Origin: Dysgonomonas sp. UBA5412
GTDB lineage: Bacteria > Bacteroidota > Bacteroidia > Bacteroidales > Dysgonomonadaceae
DNA: 64,000 nt
NCBI GenBank assembly: GCA_002409595.1
Contig: DHNQ01000029.1
Location: 400,839 to 464,838, forward strand
Direction of reading: 5' to 3'
This document shows positions 17,759-27,985 of the stretch, one piece after another. The first letter of the stretch is position 1; each line of letters opens with the position of its first letter. The position numbers were made by a program, and so were the translations under genes. The notes beneath the pieces were generated by a model. The model worked only from the letters and a program-made list of their open reading frames with translations. It did no database searches and was not told where the DNA came from.

Positions 17759-18505
17759 ATGAAATTACTTGAAGGTAAAACAGCTGTCATCACCGGTGCA
17801 GCGCGCGGTATTGGTAAAGCCATTGCCCTAAGATATGCAGCAGAAGGAGCAAATATTGCATTCACAGACCTTGCTATAGACGACAATGCGAAAGCTACTG
17901 AAGCCGAAATTGCAAAATTTGGCGTAAAAGCAAAAGGGTATGCATCTAATGCTGCCAATTTCGAAGAAACACACAAGGTGGTAGACGAAATATTAAAAGA
18001 TTTCGGACGAATCGATATTCTTGTCAACAATGCAGGTATCACTCGTGATGGATTGATGATACGCATGAGTGAGCAACAATGGGATATGGTAATAAATATC
18101 AACCTTAAATCGGCATTCAACTTTATCCACGCCATCACTCCTATTATGTTGAAACAAAAAGGTGGTAGTATTATCAATATGAGTTCTGTTGTAGGGCTTT
18201 CAGGAAATGCAGGACAAACTAACTATTCAGCGTCTAAAGCCGGTATGATCGGATTAGCTAAATCCATCGCTAAAGAAGTTGGATCAAGAGGCATTCGTGC
18301 CAACTGCATCTGTCCGGGATTCATCATCACTGAAATGACCGGTGTGCTTTCTGATGAAGTAAAACAAAAATGGGCAGAACAAATACCTTTGCGTCGCGGA
18401 GGAACACCTGAAGATGTGGCTAATGTAGCAGTATTCTTAGGTTCAGACCTATCTTCTTACGTATCAGGACAAGCCATCCCAGTTTGTGGTGGTATGAATA
18501 TGTAA
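17759..18505 (+). CDS. fabG: 3-oxoacyl-ACP reductase
   Basis: 'TGAARGIG', 'NNAGITRD', 'NYSASK', 'PGFIITEMT'. Confidence 0.93.
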   Translation: MKLLEGKTAVITGAARGIGKAIALRYAAEGANIAFTDLAIDDNAKATEAEIAKFGVKAKGYASNAANFEETHKVVDEILKDFGRIDILVNNAGITRDGLMIRMSEQQWDMVININLKSAFNFIHAITPIMLKQKGGSIINMSSVVGLSGNAGQTNYSASKAGMIGLAKSIAKEVGSRGIRANCICPGFIITEMTGVLSDEVKQKWAEQIPLRRGGTPEDVANVAVFLGSDLSSYVSGQAIPVCGGMNM

Positions 18506-18540
18506 TCTCACATCTTATTTTATAAGATATAACCATAAAA

Positions 18541-18569
18541 AAAGGTTTCGGATATATTCCGAAACCTTT
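18541..18569. terminator. Bidirectional terminator fabG/rlmH
   Basis: AAAGGTTTCGGA / TCCGAAACCTTT stem. Confidence 0.8.
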
Positions 18570-18570
18570 A

Positions 18571-19044
18571 TTATTCGTGATGGTAAGGCTCATTATTTAA
18601 TATTGTCATTGCCCTATATAGTTGCTCTACAAATATCAATCGCACCATCTGATGGGAGAATGTCATACGCGACAAGGTCAGTTTTTCGTTCGCCTTATCA
18701 TAGACGGAAGACGAAAATCCATAGGGGCCTCCTATTACAAACACGAGCCGCTTGCCTACGGTGTGAGTTTTCTTTTCTATATACGAAGCAAATTGAGTTG
18801 AGGTATATTCTTTCCCTTTATCATCTAATAAAACAAGGCAGTCTCCGGCTTGTATCGTTTTCAGAATCAATTCCCCTTCACGATCCTTTTGCTGTTCTGC
18901 TGTCAAATTTTTAGTATTCTTAACATCCGGTATGATCTGTATTTCGAAAGGAATATAGTGCTCCAGCCTTTTCTTATATTCGTTTACAGCATCTATAAAA
19001 TAACCGGCATCCGTTTTGCCTATAGCTAAAAGAACAATCTTCAT
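18571..19044 (-). CDS. rlmH: 23S rRNA (pseudouridine1915-N3)-methyltransferase
   Basis: 'FVIGGPYG', 'TFSHQMVRLIFVEQLYRA', C-terminal 'PYHHE'. Likely start ATG 19044. Confidence 0.96.
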   Translation of the reverse strand: MKIVLLAIGKTDAGYFIDAVNEYKKRLEHYIPFEIQIIPDVKNTKNLTAEQQKDREGELILKTIQAGDCLVLLDDKGKEYTSTQFASYIEKKTHTVGKRLVFVIGGPYGFSSSVYDKANEKLTLSRMTFSHQMVRLIFVEQLYRAMTILNNEPYHHE

Positions 19045-19144
19045 AAAAATATCTTTAAAACGCAAAAATAGTCATTTTTCGCTTTTAGCTGATAAAAAAC
19101 AAACGGACAACCAACAGTCATCCGCTTCATATATTTATTTTTCT

Positions 19145-19984
19145 CTATTTAGTGGCATCTATAACACCTCTGAAATACCCAATAGACTCTGCTATGCCGG
19201 CCAAAGGCGCTTTCATATTGCGTTCGTATTCCAAGCTACAAGCCCCTGAATAACCTACCTTGCGAAGCATTCTTACAAATGCAGGTATATCAATAACCCC
19301 ACGACCTATTTCTCCAGTCTTACCTTCTTTTGTGGCAGCAGAAGTATTTTTCATATGTATGTCAAAAACTCTGTCTTTATATCTTTCCAGATCAAGAATC
19401 GGGTCTTGTCCGTCTCGTGCATCGTGACCTATATCGAGACACATACCTATACGAGGATCAAGGTCTTTTACATTTTCATAGATATCTGTCGCATTCGGAT
19501 ATAATTTAATGTCAGGACCATGCAGATGGATCGCATATTTGAAGTCATATTCTTTCACCTTCTGATCTACATAAGGTAACAATTCGTAGTTGGGAACTCC
19601 GACAATAAGCTTTACCCCTACTCTTTTCGCATATTCAAAAGCCTTATCTATCTCTTCTTTCGTTTTCATATAGATAGGACCCACAGCGTATCCGGTTACA
19701 TTATGTGCAGCCAACTTTGCATGAAAGGCTGCGATTTCATCATCCGTACTATTGAGCGGCAAATGAAAATCTTTGATACAAAGATAATGCACATCCACCT
19801 CTTGCATCATTTTTAGAGTTTCGTCCAGATTGAAGTTTACAAAAGTGTATCCGGCAATAGCTACTTTAAATAATTCATCATTATTTTCCGATGGACGATC
19901 CGGTGTTCCGGCTAAAATATTTCCCGACATAAAAATGGTGTGCGCGAACACAACAAGCAAGATTAGTTTTAAATTCTTCTTCAT
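19145..19984 (-). CDS. Exported sugar-phosphate isomerase/epimerase (xylose isomerase-like TIM barrel)
   Basis: Signal peptide; 'AIHLHGP', 'CLDIGH', 'DIHMKN', 'SLEYE' metal-binding pattern. Confidence 0.8.
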   Translation of the reverse strand: MKKNLKLILLVVFAHTIFMSGNILAGTPDRPSENNDELFKVAIAGYTFVNFNLDETLKMMQEVDVHYLCIKDFHLPLNSTDDEIAAFHAKLAAHNVTGYAVGPIYMKTKEEIDKAFEYAKRVGVKLIVGVPNYELLPYVDQKVKEYDFKYAIHLHGPDIKLYPNATDIYENVKDLDPRIGMCLDIGHDARDGQDPILDLERYKDRVFDIHMKNTSAATKEGKTGEIGRGVIDIPAFVRMLRKVGYSGACSLEYERNMKAPLAGIAESIGYFRGVIDATK

Positions 19985-20226
19985 GGCTTTAGTATTTTAA
20001 GGATTAAGGTTTAATTTGATTAGACTATTATCTATACACAAATGTATAAAATATTCAAGAAAATTAACAAGATGACTTTATTTTATTTTATCAAAATGAA
20101 GTAATATAAAACATCCTATGAATTAATCAAACGTCTTTTATTCAGAAAAATAAAACACAAATTACATATTTCATAAGAAAAACAACTATATTTGCCGCTC
20201 ATTTATTTTTAACTAAAAAAAACCTT

Positions 20227-21063
20227 ATGAAAGCTACAAAACTATTAATTCTATTAACATTTATTTTAACCGGACTAACCTTCTCATCATGTAGTGATGA
20301 TGATGAAAATGAAAAAACTATTAACACTTTTGGTCCCAAAAATGTATTCACAGGAGATCTACCTAAAACAGTAGGGATATCTAGCGTGAAATACAATACA
20401 GAAGGACTAGTTGAGGAGATGTCCAACCTTTATTATAAAATCACATTCGAATATCAGACAAAATTAAAATCAGCAAACGACACAAAAAGCGTATTGATGA
20501 CAGTAAATGATCTAGAGGATCCTGAGAATAGCTATACTGCCGTATTTGAAATAGGGGAAAATGGGTTTGCGAGCAAAGCTTTAGAAACTTATGTTGACAA
20601 AACAACTGACACCTGGGAGTTTAAATATAATAATGACGGACAGCTAAACTATATGAAAAGAAGTGAGGGTGACAACGAGATCACGACGATAACATATACT
20701 GACGGCAATATAACTGGAATAAAGATGGTATCTGACGACAAAAACGAAGGTACTTATTCAGCTTCAATAGCATATACCTCAGAAGTTCATTCCAAAGGAA
20801 TCGAAAATAAAGGCTGCATAATGCTCTTCGATATAACTTTTGGCATTGATATGGATGAAATGGAGATTGCATACTATGCGGGATTGCTTGGACGTGCAAC
20901 AAAAAACCTACCATTAACAATGACTCAAACATACACTTATTCTGATGAACCGTCATCAAGCAACACATATAACTTTGATTGGACATTAAACGCAAAAGGC
21001 TACCCAGTAAAAGTAAATTTCGAGGATGAAGAAGACATGGATTTCATAGAATTCGCTTGGTAA
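20227..21063 (+). CDS. Surface lipoprotein, DUF4595-like beta-rich family
   Basis: Lipobox FSS|C followed by acidic SDDDENE; repeated 'Y...G' strands; 'YYAGLLG...NLP' motif. Confidence 0.65.
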   Translation: MKATKLLILLTFILTGLTFSSCSDDDENEKTINTFGPKNVFTGDLPKTVGISSVKYNTEGLVEEMSNLYYKITFEYQTKLKSANDTKSVLMTVNDLEDPENSYTAVFEIGENGFASKALETYVDKTTDTWEFKYNNDGQLNYMKRSEGDNEITTITYTDGNITGIKMVSDDKNEGTYSASIAYTSEVHSKGIENKGCIMLFDITFGIDMDEMEIAYYAGLLGRATKNLPLTMTQTYTYSDEPSSSNTYNFDWTLNAKGYPVKVNFEDEEDMDFIEFAW

Positions 21064-21083
21064 CAAGAATAACTAAAATATAG

Positions 21084-21117
21084 AAAAAAGTGTATCAAAA
21101 ACTGATACACTTTTTTT
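21084..21117 (+). terminator. Intrinsic terminator
   Basis: AAAAAAGTGTATCA / TGATACACTTTTTT followed by a T-run. Confidence 0.8.
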
Positions 21118-21229
21118 ATTCAAAAAATTATTTGTCTTAAATAAGCTCTTTATATTTTAGAAGTGTAAGAATAAAAATACTTAATTATATATAAATTCAC
21201 TTATATTTGTAATATAAAAAAATAAACTT

Positions 21230-22096
21230 ATGCGAACAATACCTGACTCGGAACTGATTATAAATAGTGACGGAAGTGCATTTCATCTACACATTAAGCC
21301 GGAACAACTCTCGGACAAAATCATTATGATGGGCGATCCTGATAGGGTTAACCTCACAGCCTCTTTTTTCGACAGTATCGAATGCAACATTCAGAGTCGT
21401 GAGTTTCATACTATTACCGGTTTGTATAAAGGAAAACGCATCACAGCCTTATCTCATGGCATCGGACCCGACAATATAGATATTGTTATTACAGAATTGG
21501 ATGCTTTGGCAAACGTAGACTTTGAATCGAGAGAGGTCAAAAAAGAGTTTAAACAATTGACAATGGTGCGCGTAGGCACATCTGGAGGATTACAGCCACA
21601 TTGCCCGATCGGATCGTATGTAGTTGCGGCAAAATCAATAGGTTTTGATGGTGTGTTAAATTATTATGAGGGGCGAAATAATATAACTTTAAACGATTTT
21701 GAAGCTGCATTCAAACAACACGTAAATTGGAATCCTCTACACTGCTCTCCGTATGTGATAAAAGCTGATGAAGAATTAGTTCAACGCGTAGGACATGATA
21801 TGATACAAGGGGTGACTATTTCGGCTATTGGTTTTTACGGGCCTCAGGGCAGATATGTACGCATGCCTTTGGCAAACCCCGACTTAAATAGTAAGATAGA
21901 ATCGTTCGAATATGAAGGGGATACGATAACCAACTATGAAATGGAGAGTGCACCTTTGGCTGGTTTAGGCAGACTGATGGGACACAAGGCTATGACGGTA
22001 TGCACCATAATAGCAAACAGATTGGCTGGAGAATCGAATGCCAACTATAAAGGATCGATCGAAGACCTTATCAAAACCGTATTAGACCGAATTTAA
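21230..22096 (+). CDS. Nucleoside phosphorylase (PNP/UDP family)
   Basis: 'MGDPDRV', 'HGIG', 'RVGTSGGLQ', 'GFYGPQGR', 'NYEMES'. Confidence 0.9.
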   Translation: MRTIPDSELIINSDGSAFHLHIKPEQLSDKIIMMGDPDRVNLTASFFDSIECNIQSREFHTITGLYKGKRITALSHGIGPDNIDIVITELDALANVDFESREVKKEFKQLTMVRVGTSGGLQPHCPIGSYVVAAKSIGFDGVLNYYEGRNNITLNDFEAAFKQHVNWNPLHCSPYVIKADEELVQRVGHDMIQGVTISAIGFYGPQGRYVRMPLANPDLNSKIESFEYEGDTITNYEMESAPLAGLGRLMGHKAMTVCTIIANRLAGESNANYKGSIEDLIKTVLDRI

Positions 22097-22752
22097 TGAA
22101 ACGAAAGAAGGGTAAAATACTAAAAAAAATTAGTTTGATTATAATTATACCTTTAATCACAATCATTCTTGTTATTCTTTTTGCCAATTGGAAGATTCCA
22201 TACGACTCAAAAGATTATATATATAGCAGTACGGATAGTATCCCTGCTCAAAAAGCAGCTTTAGTATTGGGGGCTTCCCGATATATTGGCAATGTACCTA
22301 ATCCATATTTTACATACCGAATACAAGCTGCAGCTGAATTGTACAACGCCGGTAAGGTAAAATCGTTTGTAGTGAGTGGAGACAATCGGACACATGATTA
22401 TAATGAGGCTGAAGATATGCGCAGTGCATTAATAGAAGCCGGAGTTCCCGACAGTATTATCCATTGTGATTATGCAGGGCTTCGCACTTTAGACTCTGTT
22501 GTGAGAATGAACAAAATATTCGGACAGGATTCCTTTATTGTTGTTTCACAAAAGTTTCACAACGAGAGAGCTATATTTATTGCTCGTCATTCGGGACTCG
22601 ACGTATATGGATACAATGCAAAAGATCTCACTCTCAGCCGTTTTTCATCTCGCACCAAAATAAGAGAAGTATTAGCGCGTGTGAAAGTTCTTATTGATTT
22701 GGCAACAAACAAACAACCTCGCCACCTTGGAGAGGAAATAGATATCAACTAA
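22096..22752 (+). CDS. sanA: SanA/YdcF (DUF218) family membrane protein
   Basis: N-terminal TM, 'ALVLGA', 'VSGDN...YNE', 'DYAGLRTLDS', 'SQKFHNERA'. Confidence 0.85.
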   Translation: MKRKKGKILKKISLIIIIPLITIILVILFANWKIPYDSKDYIYSSTDSIPAQKAALVLGASRYIGNVPNPYFTYRIQAAAELYNAGKVKSFVVSGDNRTHDYNEAEDMRSALIEAGVPDSIIHCDYAGLRTLDSVVRMNKIFGQDSFIVVSQKFHNERAIFIARHSGLDVYGYNAKDLTLSRFSSRTKIREVLARVKVLIDLATNKQPRHLGEEIDIN

Positions 22753-22775
22753 CTGTGTAACCATAAAAATAATTT

Positions 22776-23921
22776 ATGAAAAAACTACTATTTACTCTAC
22801 TACTGTGTGTAACATACACCATTAGTTATGCTCAAAATTCGAACGATGAGCTATTGAAAAAATTGGTGGAGAAAAACGTTCTTACTCAAAGTGAGGCTGA
22901 TTCTCTAAGTTCTTCTACTGCACCGAAGAATGAATCTAAATCATTTATTCAGTCTGTAGAAAAGGTCAGAGAAGGATTTAACACTCCTTACATGCAATTT
23001 GGCGGATATGGTATGTTAATGTATAAATATAATGACATGAGTAGCGTCAAACATAATGTAGATGCCAGAGTCTTATTTCTGAATGTGGAAGGAAAAATAT
23101 TTAAAAATTTCAGATATTATGCTTTGATGGAATTTATAAATCCAACTCTTACAGAATACTTTGTAGAGTGGACACCTTCAAGCCGCTTCAACTTGAAAGT
23201 AGGACAGATGAAAACTCCTTTTTCGTTAGAGAATCAACAATCTTTAACGACTCTCGAATCCATTGTGAACAGCAGATCTGTGTCTGCATTAGCTGGTATG
23301 GGTGACGATGTGCTAAAGAAGCAGAATAATAAAAATAATGGAGGACGTGATATGGGTATATTAACATACGGAAGCTTGTTCAGTACCCCAACTCACGATC
23401 TTGTCGAATATGCTATCGGGCTCTATCAAGGAACGGGGCTTATCACAAGCGAGACAAACAACACAAAAGACTTCATAGCCAATATTATGATCCAGCCAAT
23501 CAAAGGATTCCGCATTGGTGGAGGCGGGTATTTTGGTCAAGCCAAATATGGTAATGCCCAAGGATTGGCATTGAATCATGTTCGTAACCGCTGGATAGTA
23601 AGTTCTGATTACAAAAATGATAGGTTATATGCTCGTGCGGAATGGATAAAAGCTAATGATGGAGGAATTGAAAAAGAAGGCATACACGGAACGGCTTTGT
23701 GGTATTTCATTCCTCAGCGGTTAAATGCTTTTGCAAAAGCTGATTATCTAAATCAGAACAAAGATATTAATAGTGAAGTTATAGATTACACTATAGGTGT
23801 TAACTATTACTTTTATAAATCATGTCGTTTTCAATTGAATTATACATATTCAGACTATTCAAACAAATGGAATGCTCCTAACTCAAATACAGTATTAGGA
23901 CAAATGCAGATAGTATTCTAA
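22776..23921 (+). CDS. Outer-membrane porin (phosphate-selective OprO/OprP-like)
   Basis: Signal peptide ending SYA|Q, 'GQMKTPFSLEN', amphipathic strands, C-terminal Phe ('QMQIVF'). Confidence 0.75.
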   Translation: MKKLLFTLLLCVTYTISYAQNSNDELLKKLVEKNVLTQSEADSLSSSTAPKNESKSFIQSVEKVREGFNTPYMQFGGYGMLMYKYNDMSSVKHNVDARVLFLNVEGKIFKNFRYYALMEFINPTLTEYFVEWTPSSRFNLKVGQMKTPFSLENQQSLTTLESIVNSRSVSALAGMGDDVLKKQNNKNNGGRDMGILTYGSLFSTPTHDLVEYAIGLYQGTGLITSETNNTKDFIANIMIQPIKGFRIGGGGYFGQAKYGNAQGLALNHVRNRWIVSSDYKNDRLYARAEWIKANDGGIEKEGIHGTALWYFIPQRLNAFAKADYLNQNKDINSEVIDYTIGVNYYFYKSCRFQLNYTYSDYSNKWNAPNSNTVLGQMQIVF

Positions 23922-24104
23922 AAGTTTATTCATTTTATAGGAAGAGCCAACTAAAAAGCAATAAAGAAACTCCATCCGTAATAGATTGACAATATCCCCA
24001 AAAGCAATCTATTACGGATGAAATATTTTACGAATCCTCATCTCTATTTCTCTATATTAAGAAATAAATGTAACTTTGAAATAGTTATACCAATACATTT
24101 CATT

Positions 24105-25496
24105 ATGCATCGAAACAATATCATCACAGCTATCTCTACCCCTGCAGGTATTGGAGGTATAGCTATTATACGACTTTCGGGAGAGGGTTCGATTAAACTC
24201 GCCGATACTATTTTTGAAGCAAAAGGAGATAAAAAACTTGTAGATCAAAAGCCAAACACAATTCATTTTGGAAATATAATAAAGGATGAGTGTGTACTCG
24301 ACGAAGTTTTAGTCAGTATATTTAAAGCGCCTCATTCTTTTACAGGAGAAGACGTTGTAGAAATATCTTGTCATGGATCTCTATTTATACAACAAAATAT
24401 ATTACAACTCTTAATCTCTCAGGGTGCATCATTAGCTCAGCCCGGAGAATTTACACAACGAGCTTTTCTCAATGGCAAAATGGATCTTTCGCAGGCTGAA
24501 TCTGTTGCAGATCTTATTGCTTCGTCATCAGCAGCGACACATCGTTTAGCGATGAATCAGATGAGAGGAGGGTTTAGCAATAAGTTAATAGAATTACGAA
24601 CAGAGCTCTTAAACTTTGTTTCTCTCATCGAATTAGAATTAGACTTCTCGGAGGAAGATGTAGAATTTGCGAATCGAAGCAAGCTGAAAGAAGCTGCATT
24701 ATACATAGAAACTCATATACAAAAACTGGCAGACTCATTTAGTCTGGGTAATGTTGTAAAAACGGGAATTCCTGTAGCCATAATAGGGGAAACTAATGCA
24801 GGAAAATCGACACTCTTAAATACGCTATTACATGAAGAAAAAGCGATTGTATCGGAAATACATGGTACTACACGAGATGTAATAGAAGATACGATCAATA
24901 TTGAAGGTCTGACTTTTCGATTGATAGACACTGCCGGAATACGAGATACTACTGACGAAATAGAAACTATTGGTATAGAGCGCACATTCAAAAAGATAGA
25001 GCAAGCAAACATTATACTATGGCTTGTAGACGCAGGAGTGGCAGACGAACATATACTTGATCTGGCAAATAAGATTCTTCCTGTTACAGAAAATAAGAAA
25101 TTAATCCTTGTTTTCAATAAAGTAGATACAATATCTCCGGAACGAAAAACGAAGAAAGAATATCTGCTTCAATCACAGATATCAGATCGCATATTCATTT
25201 CTGCTAAATACGACCAAGGGACGAAGGAGCTAGAACAGACTTTATTGGAAGCAGCTAATATTCCCGAAATAGGAGAACAAGATATAATCGTTACCAATAT
25301 GCGCCACTATGAGGCTTTAGAAAAGGCATTGATTGCGATCCAAAGAGTTTCTGAAGGGCTGGATCTGAATATATCAGGAGATTTTCTATCTCAAGACATT
25401 AGAGAATGCATGTATTACTTAGGAGAAATAGCAGGTCAAATATCTACAGATGATATATTGGGAAATATTTTTAGTAAATTCTGTATCGGAAAGTAA
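24105..25496 (+). CDS. mnmE: tRNA modification GTPase MnmE
   Basis: 'ITAISTP', 'GEFTQRAFLNGKMDL', 'GETNAGKS', 'GTTRD', 'DTAG', terminal 'FSKFCIGK'. Likely start ATG 24105. Confidence 0.98.
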   Translation: MHRNNIITAISTPAGIGGIAIIRLSGEGSIKLADTIFEAKGDKKLVDQKPNTIHFGNIIKDECVLDEVLVSIFKAPHSFTGEDVVEISCHGSLFIQQNILQLLISQGASLAQPGEFTQRAFLNGKMDLSQAESVADLIASSSAATHRLAMNQMRGGFSNKLIELRTELLNFVSLIELELDFSEEDVEFANRSKLKEAALYIETHIQKLADSFSLGNVVKTGIPVAIIGETNAGKSTLLNTLLHEEKAIVSEIHGTTRDVIEDTINIEGLTFRLIDTAGIRDTTDEIETIGIERTFKKIEQANIILWLVDAGVADEHILDLANKILPVTENKKLILVFNKVDTISPERKTKKEYLLQSQISDRIFISAKYDQGTKELEQTLLEAANIPEIGEQDIIVTNMRHYEALEKALIAIQRVSEGLDLNISGDFLSQDIRECMYYLGEIAGQISTDDILGNIFSKFCIGK

Positions 25497-25669
25497 CTTG
25501 GTAAAATAACAACAAATTAAAAGTAGATAAATATACTGTATTTCAATTAATTATATATACAATTTAGATTTTGCAAAAACTTTATTTTCTTAATTCACCG
25601 TAAATATTTGCTGCAATATTACAACGAATGATTATATTTGCCGTAAACAAATGTAAAAACAGTACAGCT

Positions 25670-26794
25670 ATGGAAATCAAGTTAATCAAACGTAAATCAA
25701 AAACCACAAATCGGGTTTCTCTTTCGTTGGAGTATTATATGGGATATACTAAAACCGAAGAGGGCAAAATCAAACACAATCGGAAGTACGAAACATTGGA
25801 ATATTATTTGATTGATCCTGCACGTACTAAAGCTGAGAAAGAACATAATAAAACGAATCTTGAAATGGCTGAGGCTGTAAAAGCCAAACGATTGCTAGCT
25901 TCACAAAATAAACAGTATGGCTTTACAGTGGAATACAAGATAAGAACCAACCTAGTCGAATACATAAAAGGACTGATAGATCAACGCAAAAACTCTCCGG
26001 GGAATTATGGAAATTGGGATAGTTCTCTAAAACATCTGATAGCTTATGCAGGGCATGACACCACTTTTGAAGGAGTAGACAAAGCGTTTGTAGAAGGTTT
26101 CAAAAACTATTTAGCCAATACCGCTAAGACAAAGAGTGGAACAAATCTTTCAGCCAATAGCCAAAGTAGCTACTTCTTAAAGCTGAAAGCGACATTGAAC
26201 CAAGCCATTGAAGACGGCATTATCCCCCATAGTCCTGCACAAACAGTAAAGCCAGCCAAAACAGAAGATACCCACAGAGAATATCTAACATTAGAAGAGT
26301 TACAAAAGCTAGTAAAGGAAGAATGTAAATTTCCTGTATTGAAGCAAGCATTCTTGTTTTCTTGTCTAACAGGTATGCGATGGAGTGATATTCAAAAACT
26401 GACTTGGAGCGAAGTGCAGGAAATGAACGGACAGACCCGAATCCTTTTCCGACAAAAAAAGACTAAAGGTTTTGAATATTTGGATATATCAGACCAAGCT
26501 GTAAAGTATTTAGGAGAACGAGGAAAACCAGATGAGCGAGTATTTGTATCTCTCAAATATTCTGCATGGCACAATCAAGCATTAGAAAAATGGTGTATGA
26601 AAGCAGGGATACTGAAAGACATCACATTCCATTGTGGAAGACATACATTTGCAGTTATGCAGCTAAACTTAGGAACAGAAATTTATACAGTATCAAAGCT
26701 GTTGGGACATAAGGAATTGAAAACGACTCAAATTTATGCTCGTATTTTAGATGAGAAAAAGAGAGAGGCAGTAAATAAAATGCCTGAATTATAG
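25670..26794 (+). CDS. Tyrosine recombinase/integrase (Bacteroidota mobilisable-element type)
   Basis: Catalytic set looks complete: TGMR, KKT, HCGRH, LLGH, TQIY. N-terminal arm-binding and SAM-like regions. Likely start ATG 25670. Confidence 0.92.
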   Translation: MEIKLIKRKSKTTNRVSLSLEYYMGYTKTEEGKIKHNRKYETLEYYLIDPARTKAEKEHNKTNLEMAEAVKAKRLLASQNKQYGFTVEYKIRTNLVEYIKGLIDQRKNSPGNYGNWDSSLKHLIAYAGHDTTFEGVDKAFVEGFKNYLANTAKTKSGTNLSANSQSSYFLKLKATLNQAIEDGIIPHSPAQTVKPAKTEDTHREYLTLEELQKLVKEECKFPVLKQAFLFSCLTGMRWSDIQKLTWSEVQEMNGQTRILFRQKKTKGFEYLDISDQAVKYLGERGKPDERVFVSLKYSAWHNQALEKWCMKAGILKDITFHCGRHTFAVMQLNLGTEIYTVSKLLGHKELKTTQIYARILDEKKREAVNKMPEL

Positions 26795-26934
26795 AATTTC
26801 TGTATAATTATATTGCATTTAAGTTAAGATGTCTTATCATTAAGATTTTTAGCATCTAAAAGCTCAATTTCATTTTTCAGATAGGCTAAGTCTATTTTCA
26901 TTGGATGATATTTATCTAGATGCATACTAAATAA

Positions 26935-27798
26935 TTGCTTTTTGGTTTCAATTTTGAAGATTTATGTGTAAAAGCTGTATCAAACCGTTTTGAACAAATC
27001 CCTACTGAAAGCAAGACAATGTATATTGACCCGATGTTGTTTAATATACCATTGGCGATAGGCGATAGAAGCGAGACTATACAGGATAACTCTTGTGCAT
27101 TGATGGGAACTCGCTTCCCCGTGGAGGGTAATGCAGTCAGATTGTTTATGCAATGGGGAAAAGACCTTCCGGCACAACATCTGGATATGGATTTGAGTTG
27201 TCATATAGCTTTGTCTCATACAACTACGGTCTGCTCATACTATAACCTGACAGCTCCGGGTGCTAAACATAGCGGGGATATAAGAAGTATTCCTAATAAA
27301 GTGGGTACAGCGGAGTATATTGAACTAGATATAAACGAGCTAACTCGTGTCGGCGCTCAATATGTCGTTTTTACCTGTAATGCTTACAGTAATGGGGCTA
27401 TCTCGCCTAATCTGGTAGTAGGATGGATGAACTCGGCTCATCCGATGAAGATATCCGAAAAAACGGGTGTAGCTTACGATCCGTCCTGTGTACAGCATCA
27501 GGTAAGAGTGTCTAAAAGTTTATCGAAAGGTTTGGTATTTGGAGTACTCGAAGTAACTACCCGTGAGATCATCTGGCTTGAAATGCCTTTCGGCGGACAG
27601 ATAGTTGCCAATATGAATGCAAAGAATGTGGAAGCGTTGATAGCAAAATTGAAAGGCAAAACTACCATAGGTAACTTACTGGCAATAAAAGCTGCGGCTC
27701 AGAATATTGAAATAATTGATGCCGACAATGCTGATGAATCTTACACTATGCAATGGGCAATGAATACGGCAGCTGTGACGAAGTTGCTGATTGATTAG
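26935..27798 (+). pseudogene. Probable 5'-truncated C-terminal part of a large Bacteroidales protein with a TerD-like domain
   Basis: Frame is closed by TAA at 26932-26934 immediately before TTG, and the first ATG is at 27019. TerD-like motifs 'HLDMDLSC', 'HSGDIRS', 'GTAEYIELD', 'NAYS'. From memory, homologues are much longer. Confidence 0.55.
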
Positions 27799-27807
27799 AG
27801 AAAAAAT

Positions 27808-27836
27808 AGGCAAGGTATTTTATGAGTACCTTGCCT
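27808..27836 (+). terminator. Intrinsic terminator after the TerD-like fragment
   Basis: AGGCAAGGTA / TACCTTGCCT, 10-bp stem. Confidence 0.7.
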
Positions 27837-27985
27837 GTAAATTTTAAAGGTATCACTACGAATGTATATAGTTAATTACCATATTGCTTTGTAGATAAAA
27901 AAGGACGCTTTCATCAAATACGACATAAGGACTACCTATTTTAAAACAAAGAACTCTTTGTATATCACAAAACAGAACAGCTCGT

